From contig NC_135803.1 in NCBI RefSeq assembly GCF_964213995.1, positions 20,336,001 to 20,400,000 of the forward strand: a stretch of 64,000 nucleotides of DNA. Reading direction: 5' to 3'. The notes beneath the pieces were generated by a model. The model was not told where the DNA came from. It saw only the letters and a list, made by a program, of their open reading frames with translations, and ran no database searches. The stretch comes from Mustelus asterias. Taxonomy: Eukaryota. The number at the start of each line of letters is the position of its first letter. Positions within the stretch are counted from its first letter, which is position 1. Positions 10,880-23,247 of this stretch are shown in pieces. A program made the position numbers and the translations under genes.

Positions 10880-12030
10880 ATGGCAGGGAGAAGGTCGGCG
10901 CCCAGATTCCTCGAGTCAGAGGTGGAGAGGATGCTGGAAGCTGTGAAGGAGAGGAGGGCCAACCTCGTCCCGAGAGTTGGCAGGAGGCTGCCATCAACCG
11001 AGGTCACGGAGGCACAGGGAGCGGTGGCTGAGTCAGTAAGTGCCAGGAGCTTCACAAGAGGGCGGGCATGCAATGCCACAAGATGATGAACGATCTCCTC
11101 TGGTCTTCAAGGGTGATTGCCCACTTCCCTGCCCCTGGCATCACTCATGTCCCTAACTTCTTCTACCTCCCCTTCTATCCCACCATACCACTTTCTAACA
11201 TTATCATGCAGAATCCCCATCAGAACCACCATTCCCCCCCACATCCCCGCAGTCCACATCACATCCCCTGATTGGCGAGGCTTCACGCCCACATATGTCA
11301 CCAGCTGTCAACCCCCCCCCCCCCCATCCTCATTAGGCCACTCTCTCACTCTATCATCTTTGTGTCCTCACAGGCAAAGATCCTCTTCAACAGGAGGGAA
11401 CAGGCAAAGACGGGTGGAGGCATCCCCAAAGGAGAGGGCCAGGGAAATAGTGGGTGTGGCACAAAACTGAGCTAATGCTGACTGCGAGGTCGGCAGGCCC
11501 CGAGCAAGTAAGAGCCCAGAGCACCATGATCCAAATGACCTATCTCAAGTGAGTCTATCATTCCCCCAAACCTTTGACATCTCCATCAGCTGACCCATGT
11601 CCTTTGTCCTGAAGGATCTCCAACGGATGAGGCCCTGCCATCCGGGGCCGCATCCTGCTGTGCTACCCCTTCGAACACCCTGGGCCACAGCTCCGGGGAG
11701 GACACAGACACACCATCACTGCATTCACCAGCACTAAACACCAGCACAGAAACACTCACCTCAGGGACGTTAGTGGACAAGCTTCTGGGGCACTGTCTGG
11801 TGAGTGCCACACTGCTGCTATTGCACAATGGGTGGAGGCTGGATCATCCAAGGGTGTGGCCAGTCGGAGGGCTGATGGCTCCCTGGGAATTGCTGACCTC
11901 AAGACAGATGTCGGGCCTTTGGAAACATTCATCCCAGCAACGGTCACCATGCAAAAGCAGAGCCAGACTTTACAGGAGGGGGTGTCAGCGACCTTCCAGC
12001 AAACACAGGCACAACTGCAGGAGTCCAGTT
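10880..12030 (+). pseudogene. Decayed, intron-containing Myb/SANT-like DNA-binding gene of a Harbinger/PIF transposon
   Basis: MAGRRSAPRFLESEVERMLEAVKERRANLVP...AVAESVSARS, frameshift, then QCHKMMNDLLWSSR|gtgatt (donor 11113) and cag|AKILFNRREQAKTGGGIP (exon from 11374). This is the PRF...W..VA..V...QC.KK.NDL...KTGGG pattern of Harbinger Myb-like ORFs. Confidence 0.75.
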
Positions 12031-12704
12031 TTGATTGCATGAAAATTTCCATCAATGTGTTTGAATTTTGGGTACATTAAATACACACGTGAATGAAGTT
12101 ATAATATTATAAAATAACGTATAATATACACGGTACAGGAAATTGATTGCTGAAAAAAAGACTTTTATGCAATATTAGCACTTTCATTGTGGCATTGCTT
12201 TTGACTACTTTGGAGTCTGGAGAACTTTGCAATGTTAGCTGTCAACTTGGCCTAGTCTTTTAAGGCCACTACTCAGCTAGTCTCTACATGGAAGTGCTCT
12301 AAATAGCATCCACTGGAGGCCACTTACAACCTAATTACTTCTGTAGGAAGTTTCTCCAGATTGGCAAATCCTTTGGTTCTTTTCTTGAAAAGGTGCCAGA
12401 TTCTGTCAATGTCGGGAAGTGACTGACCTTATTTCCTATTATGTCTATTTTCTAAGGATTTTTAATTATGATTCATCCATTGGTGTTTTATACAAAGTGC
12501 TCAAAGTGTGATGGATACTCTCAGAGCTTTCTTTATTTTGTAACAACGACATAGAGTATTCTTTCCCTGAAAGACAGCCTGTCATCTTCCTGCAGGAAGG
12601 TAATCCTATTATTACTCCTTTATAGTGTAGCACAATAACAAAAAACAAGGTTCTTCCTATCGAATAACACGGAGTCGCATTTTTGATCTAATTACGACTT
12701 AAAA

Positions 12705-12900
12705 GTACAGGTGCCATCTTTCAGACGAAGGTATTAAATCATCTTCCCTCTCAGGTGGACAGGAATGATCACGTGGCAGTATTTTGAAGAGTAGACATGC
12801 TCTACCCAATGTGCTGACCAATATTTATCCCAGACAATTGGGTGATCGTGTTCCTGCAGCCTGTGTTTCGCTCCTAGGTTAGGTAGCAGTCTTTGCAGAC
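12705..12900 (+). mobile_element. Ancient Deu-domain (SacSINE1/AmnSINE-like) SINE fragment
   Basis: GGTGCCATCTTTCAGACGA...CTCTCAGGTGGAC...TATTTTGAAGAG...CCAATATTTATCCC resembles the Deu-SINE body as I recall it. Confidence 0.5.
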
Positions 12901-13879
12901 ACATTATTCTCTTTTCCCCTCCTTGATTTTTTTTGTGTAAATCGATTCCACTCATGAGTCAGTGAGGATCAGTCCTAAGTCCCTTAACCTAAATCACATA
13001 ACATAAAAGTCAACTTTCACTGAGTCTTGAAAGATGAAAGAGAAAATGAAATTAGTCATGCTGTTCCTCCCACATAATATTCCTGAAGGAATTAGTGTTT
13101 TTATGATGACTCCATGCAGTTTGCTTTTTATTCGGCTATACAGTAAAATAGAAGTGAGGAAACTTCATAGGTATACCGATCTTGACAACATTTCTTTTCC
13201 TGTACAGATTGGGTACAATCGGAATTTGAGCCTTGCTAAACAATCTACACTTTAAAAACAGTTGAGGAGGAAAGGGAGACTGTAATTTGCATTAACATGT
13301 CTATTGAAAATGTCCTAAAGTATTTCACAAATACTTCATTATTTGGCAGAAATTGTTGTCATACAGAAAGGCTCTGCAACCTTTTTGTGTGCAGCAAGAT
13401 CCCACAATGAAACAAACGACCTGTATTCGGTAGTCGTTGAGGGAAGGATATTGAGTAGAAGCTAGAACTATTTTTTTTAAAGGTAACGGTGGTATTTTGT
13501 CACACATTCACTCATACATATTGTGTCAATAATTAGAAGCATTTTTAATGTTTATGAATACTTGTTTTGAGAATATTCTGGCCAAGTTCTCCCTTATTTC
13601 CTGTAGTCTATTTTGTCTTTTGGCAAGTGTTAGCCAGAGATTGCAATTATGTAGTTTCACCTACTTCCCCATTGGGACATGCAGTATGCTCAGCTCCATG
13701 CTCAATGCAGCTTAAATCAAGAACCAAGCACTAAAATAAAGTTACACTAACTCATTTCCTCTTCCTCTCTACATGTCTTTCTTGTACTCAATCCAACACT
13801 TGCATCCTCTCATACTTTCTCTCATACTCATAAACGTGCACTTGCCGTCCTTTTCTCTCTCATTCTCTCTCTCCACCAA

Positions 13880-14086
13880 AGTAAGAAGTCTCACAACACC
13901 AGGTTAAAGTCCAACAGGTTTATTTGAAATCACGAGCTTTCGGAGCATTGCTGCTTCATCAGGTGAGTGTTGAAGGAGCAGCGCTCCAAAACCTCGTGAT
14001 TCCAAATAAACCTGTTGGGCTTTAACCTGGTGTTGTGAGACTTCTTACTGTGCCCACCCCAGTCCAACGCCAGCACCTCCACCTCA
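13880..14086. mobile_element. Penelope-like element terminal insertion, fold-back arrangement, subfamily A
   Basis: Inverted arms of about 80 bp (AGTAAGAAGTCTCACAACACCAGG... / ...CCTGGTGTTGTGAGACTTCTTACT). Only the right arm has the tail CCCCAGTCCAACGCC..CA.CTCCAC. 12-bp TSD TCTCTCCACCAA at 13868-13879 and 14087-14098. Confidence 0.8.
13931..13965 (-). ncRNA. Minimal hammerhead ribozyme motif (PLE type)
   Basis: Minus strand CAC-CTGATGA-A-GCAGCAATGCTCC-GAAA-GC-TC-GTG. Intact catalytic core and stem I CAC/GTG; stem II has one mismatch. Confidence 0.7.
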
Positions 14087-15244
14087 TCTCTCCACCAAGA
14101 CTAGAAATTTTGCTGATATGGCACACTGGCGCATGAAAGTTTTTGGATCTTGTTGAGCTTGAATTGAAGGAACACCATGTTTCATTAATCCTCTTTTATG
14201 ATTGACCTTGGAGAGTTTAGTAGTTTCTCAATCTGCAAGGACATCGCAAAATTCATCAGGTTTTTAATGACAATTTGTTATCATGACATCTGCCCTTTAA
14301 GCAAAAATGCATAAGATATTTATGGAGGTGGAGGTAGCTGTGTGCGCAGCTCGTCATTTAGCTGCAGTGTATTTCTTTTATGAGTTTTTTTGCTGTTCTG
14401 TATTTGACAGAAATAATTTTGTGTTGCAAGTTTCTATGGCACTAAAACATAGCACTTAAATAGGTCAAAGCTGGCTACGCTGTGGCAGAGGTAGTTTGTA
14501 ACAGAAATAAATCACAGGTCAATTTTATATTAGTGTTCTACCCACAAAATTCATTATCTAAAAGTAATGGGATCATTCCTTTCCACCTTGCTTGGAAATG
14601 TGGGAGAGTCAGTGCAATTAATTTCAGTGATTAATTGTGGTGTGTCTCAGTGAAGGAAGTAATCTAGGAGTAAGTGTTCAAGAAGGTAGGCTTGATACCA
14701 AGGCAATCTTCACATTCCCAAATGTTTCATCATTTGTCTAGAAAAATGCCACATGAGAAACTAAAATTGCTTTCTTTGATGCTTCTTGTCCACTCAATAC
14801 TGCTGAGTGGTGACTTGTCACTGAACCTACTTGATTAAACAGGTGATCCAGATTTATATTTTTCATTCTTTCATGGGATGTGGACATTGTTGGCTAGGCC
14901 AGCATTTGTTGCCCATCCCTAACTGCCCTTGAGAAAGTGGTGGTGAGCCACCTTCTTGAACCGCTGCAGTCCATGTGGTGTGGGTACACCCACATTGCTA
15001 TTGTGGATTGCTTTTCATATATTGAATAACTATATTTCAGAACCATGATAGCCAGTCTGAAAGAAGGCACTGTAATTTGATGATGCTTTATGCAGGCAAC
15101 ACGTTGTGAACAGATATTTGACTCTAAAGAAACAATCGCTGTTTTCCAAAGATAATTGAGTGTGGAAACATTGTGAAAGCAGTTTTGCAGGCACTATATA
15201 AATGAAAGTTCTGTCAAATAGCCGCTTCTGTTGTGCCACTAGTG

Positions 15245-15430
15245 ATGCAGAGAGATGGCAACAGTGTGGGTTCAATTCCCATACCGGCAGAGTTTATTCC
15301 TGAAGGCCCCACCTTCTCAACCTTGCCCCTCGTCTGAGGTGTGGTGATCCTCAGGTTATATCACTACAAGTCATCTCTCCCACTCAAAGCAGCCTCTGGT
15401 CATCTGGGACAATGGTGACTTTACCTTGCC
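15245..15430 (+). mobile_element. Possible tRNA-derived SINE relic (different family)
   Basis: B-box-like GGTTCAATTCC at ~15269-15279 followed by a ~150-bp body ending GGTGACTTTACCTT. Confidence 0.4.
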
Positions 15431-15676
15431 ACTCGTATGCAGTGGACAAGATTGTAGATGCCAGATAGGAAGGAAAAGGAGAAATGGATGATGTTAGGGT
15501 GCAGGACTGTTGGCATGATGGAAAGGAAGGATTTTGACAATCCTTTTTACAGGGAGGAAGGAGGTGACCATGATGATCCAGGGGCCAGCACCATGGGAGC
15601 TGTATGAGTGACCACCAATGACACAACAAAGGAGGACCAGAACAAGATCAGCATTAGGGAGTGCAGAGTACTGTAA

Positions 15677-18200
15677 TGATTTGATTTGATTTGATTTATT
15701 ATTGTCACATGTATTGGGATACGGTGAAAAGTATTGTTTTTTGCACGTTTTGCACATTTTTGCACATTGAACAGACAAAGCATACCATTCATAGAGAAGG
15801 AAAGGAGAGGACACAGAATGTAGTGTTACAGTCATAGCTGGGGCATAGAGAAAGATCAACTTGAGTGAGGGAACCATGGTTCACAAAAGAGGTGGAATGC
15901 CTTGTAAAAGGGAAGAGGGAAGCTTATGTAGGAATGAGGAAACAAGGTTCAGTTGGCTCGATTGAGGGTTACAAGTTAGCAAGAAATGAGCTGAAAAAGG
16001 GGCTTAGGAGAGTTAGGAGGGGGCATCAGAAGTCCTTGGTGGGTCGGATCAAGGAAAACCCCAAGGCTTTTTACTCTTATGTGAGGAATAAAAGAATGAC
16101 CAGGGTGAGGTTAGGGCCGGTCAAGGACAGTAGTGGGAACTTGTGTATGGAGTCAGTAGAGATAGGCGAGGTGATGAATGAATACTTTTCTTCAGTGTTC
16201 ACCAAGGAGAGGGGCCATGTTTTTGAGGAAGAGAAGGGGTTACAGGCTAATAAGCTCGAGGAAGTAGATGTTCAGAGGGAGGATGTACTAGCTGTTTTGA
16301 ATAAACTGAAGGTCGATAAGTCCCCTGGGCCTGATGAAATATATCCTAGGATTATTTGGGAGGCAAGGGATGAGATTGCAGAGCCTTTGGCTTTGATCTT
16401 TGGGTCCTCACTGTCCACGGGGATAGTGCCAGAGGACTGGAGAGTGGCAAATGTTGTTCCTCTGTTTAAGAAAGGGAATTGAAATGACCCAGGTAATTAT
16501 AGGCCGGTTAGTCTTACTTCGGTGGTTGGTAAGTTGTTGGAAAAGGTCCTTAGGGATGGGATTTATGACCATTTAGAAAGATGCGGATTAATCCGGGATA
16601 GTCAGCACGAATTTGTGAAGGGCAAGTCGTGCCTCACAAATTTGATAAAATATTTTGAGGAGGTAATTAAGTGTGTTGATGAAGGTAGGGCAGTTGATGT
16701 CATATACATGGATTTTAGTAAGGCGTTTGATAAGGTCCCCCATGGTCGGCTTATGATGAAAGTAAGGAGGTGTGGGGTAGAGGGAAAGTTGGCCGATTGG
16801 ATAGGTAACTGGCTATCTGATCGAAGACAGAGGGTGGTGGTGGATGGAAAATTTTCGGACTGGAGGCAGGTTGCTAGCGGAGTGCCACAGGGATCAGTGC
16901 TTGGTCCTCTGCTCTTTGTGATTTTTATTAATGACTTAGAGGAGGGGGCTGAAGGGTGGATCAGTAAATTTGCTGATGACACCAAGATTGGTGGAGTAGT
17001 GGATGAGGTGGAGGGCTGTTGTAGACTGCAAAGAGACATAGATAGGATGAAAAGCTGGGCTGAAAAATGGCAGATGGAGTTTAACCCTGATAAATGTGAG
17101 GTGATTCATTTTGGTAGGACAAATTTAAATGTGGATTACAGGGTCAAAGGTAGGGTTCTGAAGACTGTGGAGGAACAGAGAGATCTTGGGGTCCTTATCC
17201 ACAGATCTCTGAAGGTTGTCACTCAAGTGGATAGAGCTGTGAAGAAGGCCTATAGTGTGTTAGCTTTTATTAACAGGGGGTTGGAGTTTAAGAGCTGTGG
17301 GGTTATGCTGCAACTGTACAGGACCTTGGTGAGACCACATTTGGAATATTGTGTGCAATTCTGGTCACCTCACTAAAAGAAGGATGTGGAAGCGCTGGAA
17401 AGTGTGCAAAGGAGATTTACCAGGATGCTGCTTGGTTTGGAGGGTAGGTCTTATGAGGAAAGGTTGAGGGAGCTGGGCTGTTCTCTCTGGAGCGGAGGAG
17501 GTTGAGGGGAGACTTAATAGAGGTTTATAAAATGATGAAGGTGATAGATAGAGTGAACGTTCAAAGACTATTTCCTCAAGTGGATGGAGCTATTACAAGG
17601 GGGCATAACTATAGGGTTCATGGTGGAAGATATAGGAAGGATGTCCGAGGTAGGTTCTTTACTCAGAGAGTGGTTGGGGTGTGGAATGGACTGCCTGCAG
17701 TGATAGTGGAGTCAGACACTTTAGGAACATTTAAGCGGTTATTGGATAGGCACATGGAGCACACCAGGATGATAGGGAGTGGGATAGCTTGATCTTGGTT
17801 TCAGATAAAGCTCGGCACAACATCATGGGCTGAAGGACCTGTTCTGTGCTGTACTGTTCTGTGTTCTATATGAGATAGGTTCATTCAAAAGCCTGAAGAA
17901 GCTGTTCTTGAGTCGGTTGGTACTTGTTCTCAGACTTTTTTTCTTTTTCCTGACAGTAGAAGGTGGAAGAGAGAATGTCTGGGGTGCGTGGGGTCCTTAA
18001 TTATGCTGGCTGCTTTGCCAAGGCAGCGGGAAGTGTAGACAGAGTCAATGGATGGAAGGCTGGTTTGCGTGATGGACTGGGCTTCGTTCACAACCCTTTG
18101 TAGTTTCTTGCGGTCTTGGACAGGGCAGGAGCCATACCAGCTGTGATACAACCAGAAAGAATGCTTTCTATGGTGCATCGGTAAAAGTTGGTGAGAGGAA
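15677..18200 (-). mobile_element. Rex1/Babar-type LINE 3' end, split by a CR1 insertion (parts ~15677-15862 and ~17870-18200)
   Basis: (CAAAT)n tail read as (ATTTG)n on +. ORF 17930-18229 has QDRKKLQRVVNEAQSITQTSLPSIDSVYTSRCLGKAASIIKDPTHP..SLFHLL.SG, typical of the Rex1-clade C-terminus. Confidence 0.8.
15863..17868 (+). mobile_element. 5'-truncated CR1/HER1-type LINE, ORF2 reverse transcriptase pseudogene
   Basis: ORFs 15865-16482, 16522-17376 and 17502-17792 give KSPGPD, YMDFSKAFDKVPH, GVPQGSVLGP, KFADDTK and RPHLEYCVQFWSP. Broken by stops at 16480 and 17374 and a frameshift. Ends in a (TGTTCT)-type tail. Confidence 0.95.
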
Positions 18201-19549
18201 GAGAGACAGTTAATGGAGGAAGCGGTCATGAAAACCTTTGAATCTGAAGCTGATTTGTGAGTTTCCTTACTGGTACATTGGAGCCAAAGGAGCTTGGAAA
18301 AGATGCACTATGGAAATGTTTGGACATCTGGAGAGTTATTTCTGAAAGATGATGTTGACTAGTTATTCCAAAGTTTCGGTCTGCATCATGAGAACCTTTT
18401 TGTCATTGAAAGAACATCATTCCTAATGAGTACAATTCTGGTGCACCAATTCCCTGGCCATGTCACTAAATCGAACGTCAGAATGAAAGCATCTGCTGCA
18501 TGTAGAAAATCTGATCATCGGTTCTTTGCCTCGACAGAAACAGAATCATTTAAGACACAGATCAATGAAAGTGGGTGCCTCGACATTTTAAGCTTTGCAA
18601 CACAAAGGCAACATTTAAGCCAGTCTTGAAATTTGCGGCGAGCGGTCCTCTTACAATTAGTCTGTGAAACATTCCTCCACTGACTAGTTAATAATGACTT
18701 TCAGTCACAGCTGATCAGTGGTTAAATTAAATTATTTTTGTAACAAGCTAATCTTTCAATTCCATTGCAATTTCTGACCTCCTGGCTGAACCCATGTCAG
18801 AATACCCAAGTTTTTCACACTGTTCATTCTTGTCCCACAGTGCTTGGCAATTACTTCTTGAAGAGGACAGTTTAAGTGCTCCTTGCATGAATGTTTCAAC
18901 TATTCATGGGCAGAATATTATCCGTGACTGGTTTCATGTGGCATGAACGTGGCTTTAATTTTGCCCAACCAGGTCGGAGCTTTCCATTAAAACAAGGAGG
19001 AATCCGTCGTAAATGACTGGACTTTCGTATTTGTGTATCAGTAATATTACGCCATTCCGTCAATGTAATCTAAAGTCAGATTGCTTGGCATTGTAACACC
19101 GTTTTTGAAAATCCATCTCATGCCGTTCAATACATTCAAGGTGAATTATTGGATTGCTTCTTTAAGTTTGGATGATGCGGTTATATTATATGCAGCTGCA
19201 CATAATAATGTCACTTTTTTAAAAATGTAGTTATTATGAGATGTAATGGCCAGCCTGAAGAGCACAAATGTTCTTGTTTTGCCTTTTACAAGGGCAGTGT
19301 TGATATGGTGCCATACTATTTAGTCTTACTCTGAGCTCAGCTTTTCTTTCTCTGTCTCTACTTAACTTCTGTTCAATCCCTGTCACAGCTCTTGCACATT
19401 TCCCTTCATTTGAATTTACTGGTCCGCCACAGACAAAATGTATTTGGATTGGTTGCGGGCTCTCTTAACGCTTTCGTTACCTACCCTGCTTAACAGGCAC
19501 AGTTCCATTGTCAGTGGTGCCAAAGAGTAGAATTTGAGAAGGCATATGG

Positions 19550-19990
19550 GATAGAAACATAGAAGATAGGGGCAGGAGAAGACCATTTGGCCCTTTGAGC
19601 CTGTTCCGCCATTCACCATGATCATGGTTGATCATCCAACTCAATGGCCTAATCCTGCTTTCTCCCTATAACCTTTGATCCCATTCACTCCAAGTGCTAT
19701 ATCCAGCCACCTCTTGAATACATTCAATGTTTTGGCAGCAGCTACTTCCTGTGGTCATGAATTCCACAGGCTCACCACTCTTTAGGTGAAGAAATGTCTC
19801 TTCATCTCCGTCCTAAATGGTCTACCCCAAATCCTCAGACTGTGACCCCTGGTTCTAGACACACTCACCATCGGGAACATCCTCCCTGTATCTACCCTGT
19901 CTAGTCCTGTTAGAATTTTATAAGTCTCTATGAGATCCCTCCTCATTCGTCTGAACTCCAGTGAAAACAATCCTAACCTAGTCAATCTGT
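19550..19990 (-). mobile_element. CR1-type LINE 3' fragment
   Basis: ORF 19782-19985 (RLGLFSLEFRRMRRDLIETYKIL) plus the 3' UTR with TCTATGTTTCTAT tail. Confidence 0.88.
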
Positions 19991-20716
19991 CAGCTTACTT
20001 GGCTTTATTAACTGAGGCATAGAATATAAGAGCAGGGAGGTTAAGATGGAGCTGTATAAAACACTCATTCAGCAGCTAAAATACTGGCTGCAGTTCTCAT
20101 CGCCACACTATAGGAAGATGCAGAAGAGATTCGCCAGGATGTTACCTGGGTTGGAGCTTTTTAACTTACCAGTTCCCACAACCACCCATCTCCCTTGCTG
20201 CCTTGGACCTGCATTGGGAGACAGCAGCCCTGGCTCCAGCCCACACCTGATCCTTGAAGACCAAAATTCCAGGTGAATGGACTGACTTTACAAAGTTGGG
20301 AACTCAATGTCGGGAAATGGACACTTCCTGAACTGAAGACAAATATTCCACCTCTAGTCTCAGTAATGGTAACCATGAAACTACCAGACTGTTGCAAAAA
20401 TACATCTGGTTCAATATTGTTCATTTGGGAAGGAAATCTGTCGTCCTTTCCCGATCAAGCCTACACATGTTCCCAGACCTAATCGAAAAGTCTGAAGAAT
20501 AAATGTGTGGACTACCTGGCTTTAACCCAGGCACTGGATATAACAAAGGCACAGCCAGCCCACCCAGCACTGTAACATCCTCCTCACTAACATCTGGGAA
20601 CAGCCAAAAGTGGGAGAACCTCCTCACAGATTAGTCAAGCAATAGCCTGACATGATTTGATTTAGTATTGTCACATGTACTCGTATACAGTGAAAAGTAT
20701 TGTTTCTTGTGCACTA

Positions 20717-21981
20717 TGTGTCTCATGAACTTGATCGAGTTTTTCAAGGAAGTGACAAAGATGATTGATGAGGATAGGGCAGTGGATGTTATCTACATGG
20801 ACTTCAGTAAGGCTTTTGACAAGGTCCCTCATGGCAGACTGGTGCAGAAGGTGAAGTCGCATGGGATCAAAGGTGAGCTGACAAGGTGGATACAAAACTG
20901 GCTCGGTCAAAGTAGACAGAGGGTAGCAGTGGAAGGGTGCGTTTCTGAATGGAGGGCTGTGACAAGTGGTGTTCCTCAGAGATCAGTGCTGGGACCTTTG
21001 CTGTTTGTAATATATATAAATGATTTGGAGGAAAATGTAACTGGATTGATTAGTAAGTTTGCGGACGACACAAAGGTTGGTGGATTTGCGGATAGCGATG
21101 AGGACCATCAGAGGATACAGCAGGATATTGATCAGTTGGAGACTTGGGCGGAGAGATGGCAGATGGAGTTTAATCTGGACAAATGTGAGATAATGCATTG
21201 TGGAAGGTCTAATACAGATAGGAAATGTACAGTAAATAGCAGAACCCTTAAGAGTATTGATAGGCGAAGGGATCTGGGTGTACAGGTACACAGGTCACTG
21301 AAAGTGGCAATGCAGGTGGAGCAGGTAGTCAAGAAGGCATATGGCATGCTTGCCTTCATCGGCCGGGGTATTAAGTTTAAAAATTGGCAAGTCATGTTGC
21401 AGCTTTATAGAACCTAAATTAGGCCGCACTTGAAATATAGTGTTCAATTCTGGTCGCCACACTACCAGAAGGATGTGGAGGCTTTGGAGAGGGTACAGAA
21501 AAGATTTACCAGGATGTTGCCTGGTATGGAGGACATTAGCTATGAGGAGAGGTTGGAGAAACTTGGTTTGTTCTCACTGGAGCGATGGAGGTTAAGGGGA
21601 GACCTGATAGAAGTCGACAAGATTATAAGAGGCATGGACAGAGTGGATAGTCAGAAGCTTTTTTCCAGGGTGGAAGAGTCAATTACTAGGGGGCAAAGGT
21701 TTAGGGTGTGAGGGACAAGGTTTAAAGGAGATGTACGAGGCAGATTTTCTGCACAGAGAGTGGTGGGTGCCTGGAACTCCTTGCCGGGGGAGGTAGTGGA
21801 AGCGGATACGGTAGTGACTTTTAAGGGGCGTCTTGACAAGTACATGAGTAGGATGGGAATAGAGGGATATGGTCCCCGGAAGGATAGGGGGTTTTAGTTA
21901 AGTCAGGCAACACGGTCGGTGCAGGCTTGGAGGGCCGAAGGGTCTGTTCCTGTGCTGTAATTTTCTTTGTTCTTTGTTCTT
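20717..21981 (+). mobile_element. 5'-truncated CR1-type LINE, RT pseudogene
   Basis: ORF 20668-21417 (YMDFSKAFDKVPH...GVPQRSVLGP...KFADDTK) and ORF 21430-21711; (TTCTTTG)n tail. Confidence 0.93.
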
Positions 21982-22042
21982 ATATGGACAAAACATACCA
22001 TTCATAGAGTACATAGGGGAGAAGGAAAGAAAAAGGTGCAGA

Positions 22043-22362
22043 ATCATAGAATCATAGAATCCTACAATGCAGAAGGAAGCCATTCAGCCCATCGAGTCTG
22101 CACCAACCACAATCCCACCCAGGCCCTGTCCCCGTAACCCTATGTATTTATCCTTCTAATCCCCTGAAGCTAAGGGGCAATTTAGCATGGCAAATCAACC
22201 TAACTCGCACATATTTGGACTGTGGAAGGAAACAGGAGCATCCGGAGGAAACCCACGCAGACACGGGGAGAATGTGCAGATTCCGCACAGTCACCCGAGG
22301 CCGGAATTAAACCTGGGTCCCTGGCTCTGTGAGGCAGCAGTGCAAATCACTGTGCCACTGTG
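22043..22362 (-). mobile_element. HE1 SINE (type A, CR1-derived tail)
   Basis: Head, V-core and tail ending (ATTCTATG)n. Confidence 0.88.
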
Positions 22363-22884
22363 CACAGAATGTAGTGTTCCCTCACAGCTCGAGTGAGGGG
22401 AAGATCAGCTTAATGTATGGTAGGCCCATTCAAAAGTCTGATGGCAGCAGGTAAGAAGCTGTTCTTGAGTCAGTTGATCATCCTCATCGGAACATCCACA
22501 CATATGCCCTGTCCCGCTAGCACAATGACGGTCAGTTAGGATGGAGTGGCAGTGAAATTCCCCAACAATGATTCTGAAGCCCGTGAAGCCTCTTGGCATC
22601 AGGTCAGACATGGACAAGGAACCCTCCTGCTGATCATCACCGACCATGCTCTCTCAACCGATGAATCAATACACAGTACTCCACAGCTGAACACCATTTG
22701 GAAGAGACAGTGAGAAGAGGATAGGTATAGAACCTCAATGTCCATCGCCAAAAGTGGCTTCATGCTAGCGATACCCATAAACCACAAACAAATAAAAAGA
22801 AAATCTGACAATGAACATAGCAACTTCGATGTCACCTTCACTTTAGTGTCACTTTCCAAAATATAAAGCCTTATCTCTTTTTCT

Positions 22885-23247
22885 GATTTGATTTGATTTG
22901 ATTTATTATTGTCATATGTATTAACATACAGTGAAAAGTATTGTTTCTTGCGCACTATACAGACAAAGCATACCGTTCATAGAGAAGGAAAGGAGAGACT
23001 GCAGAATGTAGTGTTACAGTCATAGCTAGAGTGTAGAGAAACATCAACTTAATGCAAGGTAAATCCATTCAAAATTCTGACAGCAGCAGGGAAGAAGCTG
23101 TTCTTTAGTCGGTTGGAACGTGACCTCAGACTTTTGTATATTTTTCCTGACGAAAGAAGTTGGAAAAGAGAATATCCAGGGTGTGTGGGATCCTTAATTA
23201 TGCCGGCTGCTTTGCTGAGGCAACGGGAAGAGTCAATGGATGGGAGG
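22885..23247 (-). mobile_element. Rex1-type LINE 3' end
   Basis: (ATTTG)n TATTATTGTCA...GAAAAGTATTGTTTCTTG...GGGATCCTTAATTATGC; same family as 15677-18200. Confidence 0.85.

Larger units (their letters stand above)
20653..22475 (-). mobile_element. Rex1-type LINE 3' tail, split by a CR1 and an HE1 insertion
   Basis: Pieces 20653-20716, ~21982-22042 and ~22363-22475 join into the same tail sequence seen intact at 22885-23247 and 39826-40020. Confidence 0.8.
20190..22850 (+). mobile_element. Old L2/CR1-group LINE 5'/endonuclease-region relic, split by nested insertions (parts ~20190-20652 and ~22476-22850)
   Basis: CTCCTCACTAACATCTGG...GGGAGAAC..CCTCACAGATTAGTCAAGCAATAGCCTGACAT reads LLTNIW...GE..HRLVKQ*PD, like an APE N-terminus, and appears to resume after 22475. 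Confidence 0.45.

Noticed and set aside
15865-17792. Possible functional reverse transcriptase gene or retron-like system
   Set aside because: 5'-truncated (no endonuclease or ORF1), with in-frame stops and a frameshift; an ordinary dead CR1 copy.
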